Positions 1 through 8,580 of a stretch of 35,314 nt of DNA are shown one piece after another; position 1 is the first letter of the stretch, and the number at the start of each line of letters is the position of its first letter. The notes below the pieces were generated by a model. That model ran no database searches. It saw only the letters and a program-made list of their open reading frames with translations, and was not told where the DNA came from. The stretch comes from Candidatus Latescibacterota bacterium (GTDB lineage: Bacteria; Latescibacterota; 4484-107; B68-G9): contig DTXA01000513.1 of assembly GCA_012962735.1 (NCBI GenBank), positions 1 to 35,314 of the forward strand, given 5' to 3'. The position numbers and the translations under genes are program-made.

Positions 1-45
1 ACCTTAGCCTTAAATTCTGGAGAGTATTTCCTCGTTGACATATCG

Positions 46-124
46 CACCCCCCTGTTGGACTCTCAAGATATATCCTCTATTTGTTGCTTTCACAAATGT
101 CCAACTTTTGGGGTGCAGTATACA
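46..124 (-). repeat. Degenerate fourth copy of the stem-loop leader module (see 23069-23119)
   Basis: Minus-strand reading is TATACTGCACCCCAAAAGTTGGAC...GAGGATATATCTTG. It shares TATAC, CCCCAAAAGTT and a GGA(G)ATATA-type SD with copies A and B. Arms 46-60 (CACCCCCCTGTTGGA) and 100-115 (TCCAACTTTTGGGGTG) can pair as 6+6 bp. An inner hairpin ATTTGT/ACAAAT is also present. Confidence 0.3.
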
Positions 125-142
125 CTTCGCTCATATATACCC

Positions 143-171
143 TTGCAACAGATTGGAAGATGGCCTATATT
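143..171 (+). promoter_or_regulatory. Candidate sigma70-type promoter for the URO-D-like gene
   Basis: TTGCAA (143-148), 17-nt spacer, TATATT (166-171). It lies in an AT-rich stretch about 40 nt upstream of ATG 211. Confidence 0.35.
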
Positions 172-210
172 TTGAGGGAAACCCTAAATCGAAAAGAACG
201 AGAGGGCGAT

Positions 211-1287
211 ATGACCTATAGAGCTCCTCTGTGTCATCCCAGACCGGACGTAAGAAACTTCCTGGACGCCGTGTTAGGGCGAAAACTCCCCGAAAGGCCT
301 CCTTTGGTGGAGTACATCGTGGACGATGCCGTGATGAGGCCCATATTGGAAGATATGGGCCGGGAGTGGGTCCCCTTCCGGGAGGGAGACCCGGAGGCCG
401 GATACTGGGACAATTTCATAGAGTTTTGGTTCCGTATGGGATATGATTTCGTGCGCTTTGAGATATCCCTCCTCTTCCCCTCCCGCTCCCGATTGGGAGA
501 GGACCCAACGAAGCTGGACCGGAGTCGCTCGTGGGCCGAGACCCAAAGAGGCCTGATCGCCACCTGGGAGGATTACGAGCGGTATCCCTGGCCAGAGGTG
601 GAGGATTTCCTCTTTAGACACTTCGAGTACATCTCCGGGCACCTTCCCGACGGAATGGGGCTGGTGGCCTGCCATGCGGGGGGGATATACGAGCACGTGT
701 CCGACCTTATGGGGTACGAAAACCTCTGTATGGCCCTATACGACGCCCCAGGCCTCGTGGAGGCCGTGTGCGAGGCTGTTGGGTCCCGTATGGTGCGCTT
801 CTACGATAAGCTCCTCCAGATAGACCGCTTGGCGGCAATCTTCCAGGGGGACGATATGGGATTCCGCTCTGGCCCTCTTTTAAGCCCCGAGCACCTCAGG
901 CGCTTCTTCCTGCCCTGGCACAGGAAGTTCGCCGATATGGCCCACGAAAGGGGCCTTCCCTACTTCCTCCACTCCTGCGGGAACATATACGTCCTTATGG
1001 AGGACCTCATAGAGGAGGTGGGCATAGACGCCAAACACTCCTTCGAGGATGTAATCCTTCCAGCTTATGAGTTCCAGCAGAGGTACGGCGACCGGGTCGG
1101 AACTCTCGGCGGGGTGGACGTGGACGTGCTGGGCCGGAGGACTCCACAGGAGGTGAGACGATACGTCCGGGATCTCATAGAGCGATGTGCCTCTAAGGGC
1201 AGGTTCGCTGTAGGTTCGGGCAACTCCATCCCCAGCTATGTTACCCCCGAGAACTACCTGACGATGCTGGACGAGGCCCTGAAGTAG
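211..1287 (+). CDS. Uroporphyrinogen decarboxylase (URO-D) family protein, MtaA/CmuA-like
   Basis: The C-terminal half has the URO-D fold pattern (FQGDDMG...HSCGN...GSGNSIP). Start moved to ATG 211 (MTYRAPL), which is preceded by GAGAGGG. The 82-210 extension is AT-rich, hydrophobic and looks non-coding. Confidence 0.75.
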   Translation: MTYRAPLCHPRPDVRNFLDAVLGRKLPERPPLVEYIVDDAVMRPILEDMGREWVPFREGDPEAGYWDNFIEFWFRMGYDFVRFEISLLFPSRSRLGEDPTKLDRSRSWAETQRGLIATWEDYERYPWPEVEDFLFRHFEYISGHLPDGMGLVACHAGGIYEHVSDLMGYENLCMALYDAPGLVEAVCEAVGSRMVRFYDKLLQIDRLAAIFQGDDMGFRSGPLLSPEHLRRFFLPWHRKFADMAHERGLPYFLHSCGNIYVLMEDLIEEVGIDAKHSFEDVILPAYEFQQRYGDRVGTLGGVDVDVLGRRTPQEVRRYVRDLIERCASKGRFAVGSGNSIPSYVTPENYLTMLDEALK

Positions 1288-1305
1288 AGCAAAGAAGGAG
1301 GCAAG

Positions 1306-2010
1306 ATGGGAAAGTTCGTGGCGTTCGTGTGCATCGAGACCCAGGAGAAGATGGAGGCCAACGGCATCTACTACTTCCAGGTGAAGCACCTGTTGGAAAA
1401 GACAAGCGGCCTCCCATGTCTTCTGTTGGACTGGAGGTGGGTCCGGCCCGGCTTCTTAGAGGAGCTGGGCGTGCGGGCCGCCGTCCTGAGCGGCACCGGC
1501 ACCGACTTCCTAGACATCGCCCCACCTGAGCGCTGGGAGGAATTCCGGAGGTTCGTCCAGGGGACCGAAATATCCCTTTTAGGCATCTGCGGCGGACATC
1601 AGCTTCTCGCCGCCCTTCTGGGCCCGAAGCCCCTCTCCGAGACGCTCCAGATTCCGCCTATGCGTAAGCTCCGTCCCGGGGAACCGGATCTCGAGCCTTC
1701 GTATCACCCTGGGTTCTTCAAGGAGAAGGGGATGTTCTGGGTGGAGGTCGTGCGGGATGACCCCATATTCCGGGGTCTTGAGAAAGGGCTGTACGTGGCC
1801 GAGAGCCACTACTGCGAGGTCAAGGAACTCCCGAAGGAACTGAAACTCTTAGCCTCCACCCCCGACTGTCGGGTTCAAGCCTTCAGACACAGGACCAGGC
1901 CCATCTACGGGTGTCAGTTTCATCCAGAAAGCACAGAACTGCGTTACGGGGGTCACTACCCTGACGGCAGGAAGTTCTTGGAGAACTTCTTCCGTGTGGT
2001 CGGGATATAG
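1306..2010 (+). CDS. Class I (type 1) glutamine amidotransferase domain protein
   Basis: Nucleophile elbow GICGGHQ and the QFHPE His/Glu motif. RBS AAGGAGG precedes the ATG, 18 nt after the upstream stop. Confidence 0.8.
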   Translation: MGKFVAFVCIETQEKMEANGIYYFQVKHLLEKTSGLPCLLLDWRWVRPGFLEELGVRAAVLSGTGTDFLDIAPPERWEEFRRFVQGTEISLLGICGGHQLLAALLGPKPLSETLQIPPMRKLRPGEPDLEPSYHPGFFKEKGMFWVEVVRDDPIFRGLEKGLYVAESHYCEVKELPKELKLLASTPDCRVQAFRHRTRPIYGCQFHPESTELRYGGHYPDGRKFLENFFRVVGI

Positions 2011-2018
2011 GGGAACAT

Positions 2019-3128
2019 ATGGTCATCGGAATCCCCAAGGAGATCAAAGACAAAGAATTCCGAGTTGCCCTTCCTCCCGGCGGAGTAGCTCATCTGGTTC
2101 AGGCCGGCCATAAGGTTGTGGTGGAAAGCGGCGCCGGGGAGGGAAGCGGGTTCTCGGATATACAGTACAGTGAGGCCGGGGCCGAGGTCGTGGCTAAACT
2201 GGAGGAGGCCTGGGCGGCCGACTTAGTGATGAAGGTCAAGGAGCCTCTGCCCTCAGAGTATCCATACCTCCGGGAGGGCTTGGTGCTCTTCACCTTCCTC
2301 CACTTAGCAGCAGACGAACGGCTCACCCGAGAGCTGCTCTCCCGGAAGGTAACGGCCATCGCCTATGAAACCGTCGAACTTCCCGACGGCCGCCTTCCCC
2401 TTTTGATCCCCATGAGCGAGGTGGCTGGAAGGATGTCTATCCAGATAGCCGCCCATTACTTGGAGGAGACCTACGGAGGACGGGGGAAGCTCTTAGGGGG
2501 TGTCCCGGGCGTGAGGCCAGCGGATGTGGTGATATTGGGGGCAGGTACCGTCGGAAAGAACGCCGCCCACGTCGCTCTTGGCATGGGAGCACACGTAGCC
2601 CTCATAGACAGGGACATAGACCGCCTCCGGTACCTCTCCGAGGTCCTCCACGGCAACCTCACGACCTTAAGCTCCAACCCCCTCAACATCGCCTCTTCGA
2701 TGAGGTATGCGGACGTGGTCATAGGAGCTGTACTGGTCAAGGGGGCCCGGGCTCCCGTCCTAGTTACCGAGGAGATGGTAAAGGAAATGGAACCCGGAAG
2801 CGTGATAGTGGACGTAGCCGTGGACCAGGGTGGATGCGTGGAGACCATCCGCCCGACCACCCATAGTGACCCGGTGTATAAGCTTCACGGCGTGCTCCAC
2901 TACGGCGTCCCCAACATCCCTGGAGCCGTCCCCCGGACATCCACATATGCCCTCTCAAACGCCACCCTCCCCTACGCCCTCAAGCTCGCGGAACTTGGCT
3001 TCCCGAAGGCCGTAAGGGAGGATCTGGCCTTAGCTAAGGGGGTAAACATGTTCCGAGGGGAAGTCACCTACCGGGCAGTAGCCGAGACATTCGGCCTTCC
3101 ATACGCCCCCCTGGAGGAGCTCCTTTGA
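2019..3128 (+). CDS. ald: Alanine dehydrogenase
   Basis: N-terminus MVIGIPKEIKDKEFRVALPPGG, Rossmann motif VVILGAGTVG, a length of 369 aa, and HYGVPNIPGAVPRTST are all typical of Ald. Confidence 0.9.
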   Translation: MVIGIPKEIKDKEFRVALPPGGVAHLVQAGHKVVVESGAGEGSGFSDIQYSEAGAEVVAKLEEAWAADLVMKVKEPLPSEYPYLREGLVLFTFLHLAADERLTRELLSRKVTAIAYETVELPDGRLPLLIPMSEVAGRMSIQIAAHYLEETYGGRGKLLGGVPGVRPADVVILGAGTVGKNAAHVALGMGAHVALIDRDIDRLRYLSEVLHGNLTTLSSNPLNIASSMRYADVVIGAVLVKGARAPVLVTEEMVKEMEPGSVIVDVAVDQGGCVETIRPTTHSDPVYKLHGVLHYGVPNIPGAVPRTSTYALSNATLPYALKLAELGFPKAVREDLALAKGVNMFRGEVTYRAVAETFGLPYAPLEELL

Positions 3129-3540
3129 GGGCATATATCTACCTCGAATTCGTGGTGGCCACCTGGGCTGCCACGCCGCTTCTGGTGAGCCACCTCTGCC
3201 GCGATGTCCCCCTTTCCCCCTCTTGGCCTATCAGACCGCCTTAGCCGGTACAGCCGACGCCTTGGCCACCCTTTTGAAGGGTGGGTTCCGGTAACTTGGA
3301 GTGATATAGGCCGCATGGCCTTGACCGGGATAACCGGAAGCGGTGTTCTGGGGAAGCGCTATGGGTACGAGGAGTTCTCCTCTATGGCGGTGTACAACGG
3401 AGTAGGATTGGCCTACTCTGGACTGGTTTCAAATAACCTTGCCTTCGTCCTCTGGTTCAAATTCCTGCGCTCGGGCAACACCGCAAGGATGGCGGGCCTG
3501 GTCTACCTCACCCCCTTCTTAGCCTTCCTGTACCCAGAGT
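3125..3540 (+). pseudogene. Decayed EamA/DMT-family transporter gene (frameshifted, internally deleted, 3' truncated)
   Basis: EamA-like peptide segments sit in three different frames. MRAYIYLEFVVATWAATPLLVSHLCRDVP runs from TTG 3125, which has GGAGGAG upstream. LLAYQTALAGTADALATLLKGGFR is in the next frame, after the C5/T3/C5 runs near 3205-3220. AVYNGVGLAYSGLVSNNLAFVLWFKFLRSGNTARMAGLVYLTPFLAFLY is in the third frame. The total is far shorter than a roughly 290-aa DMT protein, and the 3' end runs into the convergent NYN gene. Confidence 0.5.
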
Positions 3541-3875
3541 CCTTCCCGAATATCTCCAGCCACTCCTACATCCACCGGCCCTTCGGGCTTCGAGGAGACC
3601 ACGAGGGCCTCTTGAGGGTTGCGCATCCTGCTGATCCGCTCCAATATTAGGGAGTCGGCCGTGCTTCCGTTTCGGGCATATGCTACTTGGATCCCTCCGA
3701 GGGACCTGAGGGATGGACCTACACCCATGCCCGGGTCGAAGGCCACGAAAATCCGGCCCTTCATCCTGCCCCTATGTTGGGACAGAAGCCTGAGCAGCTT
3801 CTCCTCGTCGTCCGGGTCCTCTAAGGATAGCCCCGGAAGCCGCCCTATGAGGTTATGTCCGTCTATCAAAATCAT
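3519..3875 (-). CDS. NYN/YacP-like (PIN-related) putative RNase domain protein
   Basis: MILIDGHNLIG...IFVAFDPG...NGSTADSLILERI matches the YacP/NYN acidic-residue pattern. It is short (118 aa), and the final TSD-type motif reads SSK. Confidence 0.6.
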   Translation of the reverse strand: MILIDGHNLIGRLPGLSLEDPDDEEKLLRLLSQHRGRMKGRIFVAFDPGMGVGPSLRSLGGIQVAYARNGSTADSLILERISRMRNPQEALVVSSKPEGPVDVGVAGDIREGLWVQEG

Positions 3876-3882
3876 CTCGGGG

Positions 3883-5025
3883 TTATATCAGTCCGGCAGC
3901 TTCGTACATGGCCAGCACGTTCTCCACCGGGGTCTTAGGCAAAATCGTGTTGCTGGACCCCAATATCCACCTTCCCATAGGAAGGGCCTTCTCTATAAGC
4001 TCTCTTACGGCATCTTTCACCTGCTCAGGCCTTCCTCTCCTCAGAAGCCTGGAGCTTACGTTCCCCCAACAAGTGAGCTTCGGGAACCTCTCCTGCACCT
4101 CGGGTATCCTCATACCGGCGTCGTGGTCTATCTCCCCGTATCCATCCACCCCCGACTTCCCGAAGAGCTCCTCCGCTATGGACCAGAGGTCCCCATCGCT
4201 CCGGAAGACGTATTTCAACCCGAGCTTGTGCGCATATCCCACGATCCGCTTGAGCCTGGGCAGGACGATCTCCCTGAAGACCCTCTGCCCGTAAATCGGT
4301 CCACGGTTGTCGGCCAAGTCTCCCCCTCCCCAGACGATCCGTACGCCCAGCTCAGCTTGGGCCTCCAACTGCTGCCGTGCTCTTTCCACCTGCGCGTCCA
4401 AGTACTCCCCTACAAGGTCCGGAGCTAAGGCGCAGGCCGTGAGCCATTCCTCGTTGAGAGGGACCGAGAGCCCGGCCCCCCGTCCCAGTACTTCGAGCTC
4501 CTCCCCGACCAGCTCACGCCAGTGCAAGATGTGTCTTGTGAATTCTTCCCTTTCCTCCTCCGCCCACATCTCCGCCCCGCGCCAGGCCTCATCCACCCGG
4601 GCTTTGAGGGCTTCCCTCCCCCTCCATGCCGGCTTCCGGTTGTACTGAACCGGTCCATAGGTGCCGGAGTCCGGATCGTACCTGTACACCGCCCAATCCC
4701 CCTCTGGGTCCCCGTACAGGAATTCGTATTCCCCCACCTGTTTCGTGGGAGGCCCTATAGTCCACGGTCCCGCCACAGCCCCAAGTCTAAGAGCTCGAGC
4801 TAAGTCCACCACGTCCCGTTCCATCCTCTTCCTGAAATCCCTGTACGCCTCCGGCCCCTTTACTGCCGCGACCGCCTCCTGGTAGTGCAGCATAACCGAA
4901 CCCGTATGTGCCTCCCGCCCCAAGATTTCCGAGGCGACGTCCGAGGCGAAGGCCTGCTCGTAGGCCGGAGGCCGATCCGTGGCCTTCCCTTCAAAGGCCG
5001 CTAAGAACCTCTCCCTCTCCGTCAT
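3883..5025 (-). CDS. Uroporphyrinogen decarboxylase (URO-D) family protein, second paralogue
   Basis: The C-terminal half (GGGDLADNRGP...FRSDGDL...GSSNTILP) parallels the URO-D-like gene at 211-1287. Confidence 0.7.
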   Translation of the reverse strand: MTERERFLAAFEGKATDRPPAYEQAFASDVASEILGREAHTGSVMLHYQEAVAAVKGPEAYRDFRKRMERDVVDLARALRLGAVAGPWTIGPPTKQVGEYEFLYGDPEGDWAVYRYDPDSGTYGPVQYNRKPAWRGREALKARVDEAWRGAEMWAEEEREEFTRHILHWRELVGEELEVLGRGAGLSVPLNEEWLTACALAPDLVGEYLDAQVERARQQLEAQAELGVRIVWGGGDLADNRGPIYGQRVFREIVLPRLKRIVGYAHKLGLKYVFRSDGDLWSIAEELFGKSGVDGYGEIDHDAGMRIPEVQERFPKLTCWGNVSSRLLRRGRPEQVKDAVRELIEKALPMGRWILGSSNTILPKTPVENVLAMYEAAGLI

Positions 5026-5034
5026 CTTTCCCTC

Positions 5035-5808
5035 TTACTCCGAGATCTTGGCCCCCACGCATCCTTCCTCGCACGGCACCACCTTGCCGTTTACTATCTC
5101 AAACACCTTCCAGACCGTGCCCCTTACGCCCCTCGGCACGGTGAACGTCCACTGCCTATCCCCTGCATAGAGAATCACGGTTGCGTGGGAGTTCTTAGAA
5201 AGGCCCTTGGAGCGGGGTTTGTTCCGATTTGTGTAGTCGTGGACGTAGTAAATATAGTGCTCCTCCGGGTCTATACAGGTCAGGGTGATGGTCTCCGGTC
5301 CCCGGCCATCCCGGCAGTCTATATCCAACAGTGCCTCTTTACCCTTTCTCATATCCCGGTAGCTAATGTGGTACCGACCTACACACACGAGGTGGGCATC
5401 TAAGTCCTTCGGCTTCTTTCCCCATACTAACACGATCCTGGCCTGGTCTATTTCGAGCTTCGGGGAGATCGGCAGATACAGCACGAAAGCGGTTCCGGCC
5501 ATAACTTCTACGGGGAAGGATGTGGGTTCGTACCCCTCGGCCGAGACCTGGGCCTCATATGTCCCGTCCTCCGGGATGGGGAAACATATCTTTCCCTCCT
5601 CGTCCGTCTTATACTCCCCACCCGCTATTTTCACAACGGCCCACGGGACCGGCTTCCTGTCCAGTGCGTTGATCACGTATAAGGTCAAGCACTCCTCTTC
5701 TAACTCCCTGAAGGCGGCCTCCGCCTTCTCCTTAAGCTCCCTGGGACCTTCCTGCGCCCAAAGCGGAATGGCCCAAAGCATGACCAGAAATCCCGTAAGA
5801 TAGCGCAT
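5035..5808 (-). CDS. Secreted protein with a carboxypeptidase-regulatory-like beta-sandwich and a YfaP/DUF2135-like C-terminal domain
   Basis: Start moved to ATG 5808 (MRYLTGFLVMLWAIPLWAQE, a signal peptide), with AAGGAG 6 nt upstream. The C-terminal pattern IVLVWG..PKDLDAHL...LDIDCRDGRGPETITL...YYVHDY resembles DUF2135. Confidence 0.6.
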   Translation of the reverse strand: MRYLTGFLVMLWAIPLWAQEGPRELKEKAEAAFRELEEECLTLYVINALDRKPVPWAVVKIAGGEYKTDEEGKICFPIPEDGTYEAQVSAEGYEPTSFPVEVMAGTAFVLYLPISPKLEIDQARIVLVWGKKPKDLDAHLVCVGRYHISYRDMRKGKEALLDIDCRDGRGPETITLTCIDPEEHYIYYVHDYTNRNKPRSKGLSKNSHATVILYAGDRQWTFTVPRGVRGTVWKVFEIVNGKVVPCEEGCVGAKISE

Positions 5809-5818
5809 AGCGTTCTCC

Positions 5819-7312
5819 TTACGTCGTCCCCAACAACGTTTCATATAGCCTCCTCTGGCGCTCCATGGCCCTTAGATAAACCTCGTGCCTTCCGGGGTCC
5901 GGCTCGTAGGCATCTCCCGTGAAGTCCGGAATCTCTGATATGTCCTGGAGCGCGCCGATGGACTCCAAGGCCAAAAGCGCCGTGCCCCTGGCGGTCGCCT
6001 CCGGTACGCCCGAAAGCACAACCGGCCTCCCCAACACATCCGCCAACATCTGAGCCCAGGTCGGAGATGCCATAAGAGCCCCCCCGCTTGCCACGATCTC
6101 CCCGGCCTTAGGCAGGGCTTTCCGGAGGAGCTCGTATATCAAGCCGAACCTGTAGGCGACCGCCTCCATACCGGCCCTTAGCACGTCCAAAGGCCCGTGG
6201 TGAAGGGAAAGTCCCTCTATCGCCATTTTAGCATCCCCCCTCCAGCCCGGGCTCCTCTCGCCGGAGATGAAGGGAAGCACAGTAAGTCCGTGCCCGTCCG
6301 GAGGCATCCGAGAGAGGGCCTCCTCGGGGTCCTCGGGCACCCTGAGCAGATCCCTGAGCCAGAGACACAGCCCCCCTCCCTCGGTCAAAGCCCCCCCCAG
6401 AAGCCCCCTCCTGCGGTCCACCCTGTAGTCCCAAAGCCCCCGGGGAAGCAAAACGTCCTCCGTGTGCACCGCCCGCAGGGCTCCAGTGGTGCCTAATGTC
6501 AGGGCGACCCTTTCGGGTTCCGTACACCCGCTGCCTATGTTAGCTGCCGCCCCATCTCCTATGGCCGGAAACCATGGCACCTCCCGCAGGGCCGGCCACC
6601 TTCGCGCCCACTCTCCCAAGAGGCCCAGGAAGGGAGTATCGACATCCACAAGCTCGGGCAGTTCCTCCCGCCCCACCGGAAGAGCCGAGAGCAGCTTTTC
6701 GTCCCATGAAAGGTCGTGCCTGTTCAGGAATCCTGCCCAGGAGGCGACCGAAAGGCTCTCCCCTGTCCTGCCGAACAGCCTCAGGAGCACGAAGGCCCCG
6801 AACGAAAGCCAGAGCTTCACCCTGCGAAATTCCCCCTCCAAGGCCCTTCTGGCCCACAGGAAGCGGGCGGGAAGGTAGCTGGTGTGGAAGGGCACGCCCG
6901 TGCGCTCGTAACATTCCCCCTCGTCCAAAAGCTCCCTCAGCTTCTCCACCTCCCTTTCGTTTCGGACGTCCGCATAGGTATATATAGGGGTTATGGGTCT
7001 GCCGTCCGGGTCCACGCCTAAGACGTTGGAGACCATAGTATCCATGCCCACGGCCCGGACCTTTCCGGATAACTCCCCAGCAGAGTCCAATACCTCGTCC
7101 AAGGCATCCGCTAAAAGCCCGAACAGCCCCTCGGGGTCCAAAACCGCCCCCCCGTCCGGCGTGGCCTCCAGCCTATACTCCCTGCGAGCCGATAGTCCCT
7201 TTATGCTCCGGCCCAGGGAATCGAAGAACACAGCCCTGAGGGAGGAGCTCCCTATGTCCAAGGCCAAAACGAACGGGGCCTCGGCTTCTCTCCTTTCCAC
7301 CTCAGGGCTCAT
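5819..7312 (-). CDS. FGGY-family carbohydrate kinase (gluconokinase-like)
   Basis: N-terminal LALDIGSSSLRAVFFD ATPase motif, a length of 497 aa, and a C-terminal GGALMASPTWAQMLADVLGRPV motif. The start overlaps the LarA-like stop by 4 nt. Confidence 0.8.
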   Translation of the reverse strand: MSPEVERREAEAPFVLALDIGSSSLRAVFFDSLGRSIKGLSARREYRLEATPDGGAVLDPEGLFGLLADALDEVLDSAGELSGKVRAVGMDTMVSNVLGVDPDGRPITPIYTYADVRNEREVEKLRELLDEGECYERTGVPFHTSYLPARFLWARRALEGEFRRVKLWLSFGAFVLLRLFGRTGESLSVASWAGFLNRHDLSWDEKLLSALPVGREELPELVDVDTPFLGLLGEWARRWPALREVPWFPAIGDGAAANIGSGCTEPERVALTLGTTGALRAVHTEDVLLPRGLWDYRVDRRRGLLGGALTEGGGLCLWLRDLLRVPEDPEEALSRMPPDGHGLTVLPFISGERSPGWRGDAKMAIEGLSLHHGPLDVLRAGMEAVAYRFGLIYELLRKALPKAGEIVASGGALMASPTWAQMLADVLGRPVVLSGVPEATARGTALLALESIGALQDISEIPDFTGDAYEPDPGRHEVYLRAMERQRRLYETLLGTT

Positions 7313-8571
7313 CCTCCCTCCTTCTTAAGCCGGTAGAGCACCTCTCCGGCCTTGGGAAGCACCAAGATCCCATCGTCCTCCCTGCCCATGTAGTCCTCCG
7401 GCCGGAACGAAGAAGGATCTATGTACTTCAGGTTCACCCTCTCGACGCGCTCCTTGGGTATCCCAGTGGCCAAATAGACCTCGACCCTAGGCTTTTCCAC
7501 GCCCGTGCGCTCGTCGTACCATCCGAAGCCCTTAAGGTGCGTCGAATGCGCCAGCACACCCCAGGGATAGTGTTTGAACTTATCCCACTGCTTGAGGAAG
7601 TAGTCCCGTACGTGATACCCTATCTCGTCCAACACATTGCCGTGTGTGTAGGAGATCTCCGTGATGTGCGGGGCATATATGATCACCTCACCGCCGTCCG
7701 CCACCGCCGGCTCCACCTTGTACATCCCCTTTGCGGCCGTCCATATGTCGTCGTACATCTCGGGCATCACCGATATCACCTTGCGGAATGGCCTTTCCAC
7801 CCATACCACGTGCACCTTTGCCGAAAGGTCCACGGCCAGCTCGTACGCCTCCTCGGGCGTTCCCGTATAAAGCCCCGCCAGACCCTCGTCCTTCACCACC
7901 ATCGCCAAACAGTACTTGGGCTTGTCCAAGAGGCCGGCGGCTCTGTCTATGACCCTCCTTACTGGGGTATGTTTGACGCCTATTATCTTGAGTATGGTGA
8001 TGACCGCGCCAAGCCAGTGGGAGAAGTTTATGACCTCCCAACCCCCTATGCCCGGGAAGAAGTACTTGTTCCCCCCAGAAAACCCCACGACCTCGTGCGG
8101 GAACACCGGGCCGCATATGACGATGCTGTCGTAATCCAAGACCATCTGGTTCAGCCTGACCTCGACCGGCATCTCTATGAGCCCCTCGGTGATCTCCGCT
8201 ATCTCCGAGGCCGGTATAGTCCCTAAGGAGGCGAAGATATCCGGAAGGTCCCAGCGGTGGTTGAAGACCCTCACATCCCTGTACCTTCCTTCCCAATCCT
8301 CGGGTGAGACGCCGGCCAGTCTGTTTATGGCCTCCTGCGACATGGGAGGATGGGTGCCTAAGGCTATGAGGTAGTCCAAAGCCCTCACCTTCCCCGAAAG
8401 CAGCTCGTGGAAAAGTCGGAACATCATAGGGATAGGTGCCGTGCGTGTCCCGTCGGGAACGATGAAGAGCACCCTTTTGCCTTCTAAGTCCCACTTAGAG
8501 AAGGCATCCTCAACTATGGAACGCACCTCGCCTTCTCCAAGGAGCCGGTCTACGTACCCCTTTCCAGTCAT
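7309..8571 (-). CDS. LarA-like nickel-pincer-dependent 2-hydroxyacid racemase/epimerase family protein (DUF2088)
   Basis: FIVPDGTRTAP (the DxTR motif) and PHEVVGFSGGNKYFFPG (the PH...SGG.K segment that holds the catalytic His and the cofactor-binding Lys in LarA), followed by a downstream His (INFSHW). Length 420 aa. RBS GGAGGGAG. Confidence 0.75.
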   Translation of the reverse strand: MTGKGYVDRLLGEGEVRSIVEDAFSKWDLEGKRVLFIVPDGTRTAPIPMMFRLFHELLSGKVRALDYLIALGTHPPMSQEAINRLAGVSPEDWEGRYRDVRVFNHRWDLPDIFASLGTIPASEIAEITEGLIEMPVEVRLNQMVLDYDSIVICGPVFPHEVVGFSGGNKYFFPGIGGWEVINFSHWLGAVITILKIIGVKHTPVRRVIDRAAGLLDKPKYCLAMVVKDEGLAGLYTGTPEEAYELAVDLSAKVHVVWVERPFRKVISVMPEMYDDIWTAAKGMYKVEPAVADGGEVIIYAPHITEISYTHGNVLDEIGYHVRDYFLKQWDKFKHYPWGVLAHSTHLKGFGWYDERTGVEKPRVEVYLATGIPKERVERVNLKYIDPSSFRPEDYMGREDDGILVLPKAGEVLYRLKKEGG

Positions 8572-8580
8572 ACTCCCTCC

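Noticed and set aside
82-210. N-terminal 43-codon extension of the first ORF (MLLSQMSNFWGAVYTS...)
   Set aside because: The segment is AT-rich with non-protein-like composition and contains a good -35/-10 pair. ATG 211 has its own SD, and the homologous domain begins there.
3204-3650. 148-aa ORF as an intact gene
   Set aside because: Only its middle part is EamA-like. Its start lies inside frameshifted EamA-like sequence, and its 3' third is antisense to the NYN gene. It is interpreted as part of a pseudogene.
3619-4428. 269-aa plus-strand ORF
   Set aside because: It is antisense to the NYN and URO-D-like genes, is low in complexity, and matches no family.
7537-8494. Overlapping ORFs 7537-8226 (+) and 7688-8494 (-) inside the LarA-like gene
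   Set aside because: These are alternative-frame or antisense ORFs with biased His/Arg/Gly/Pro composition. The LarA-like frame carries the conserved motifs.
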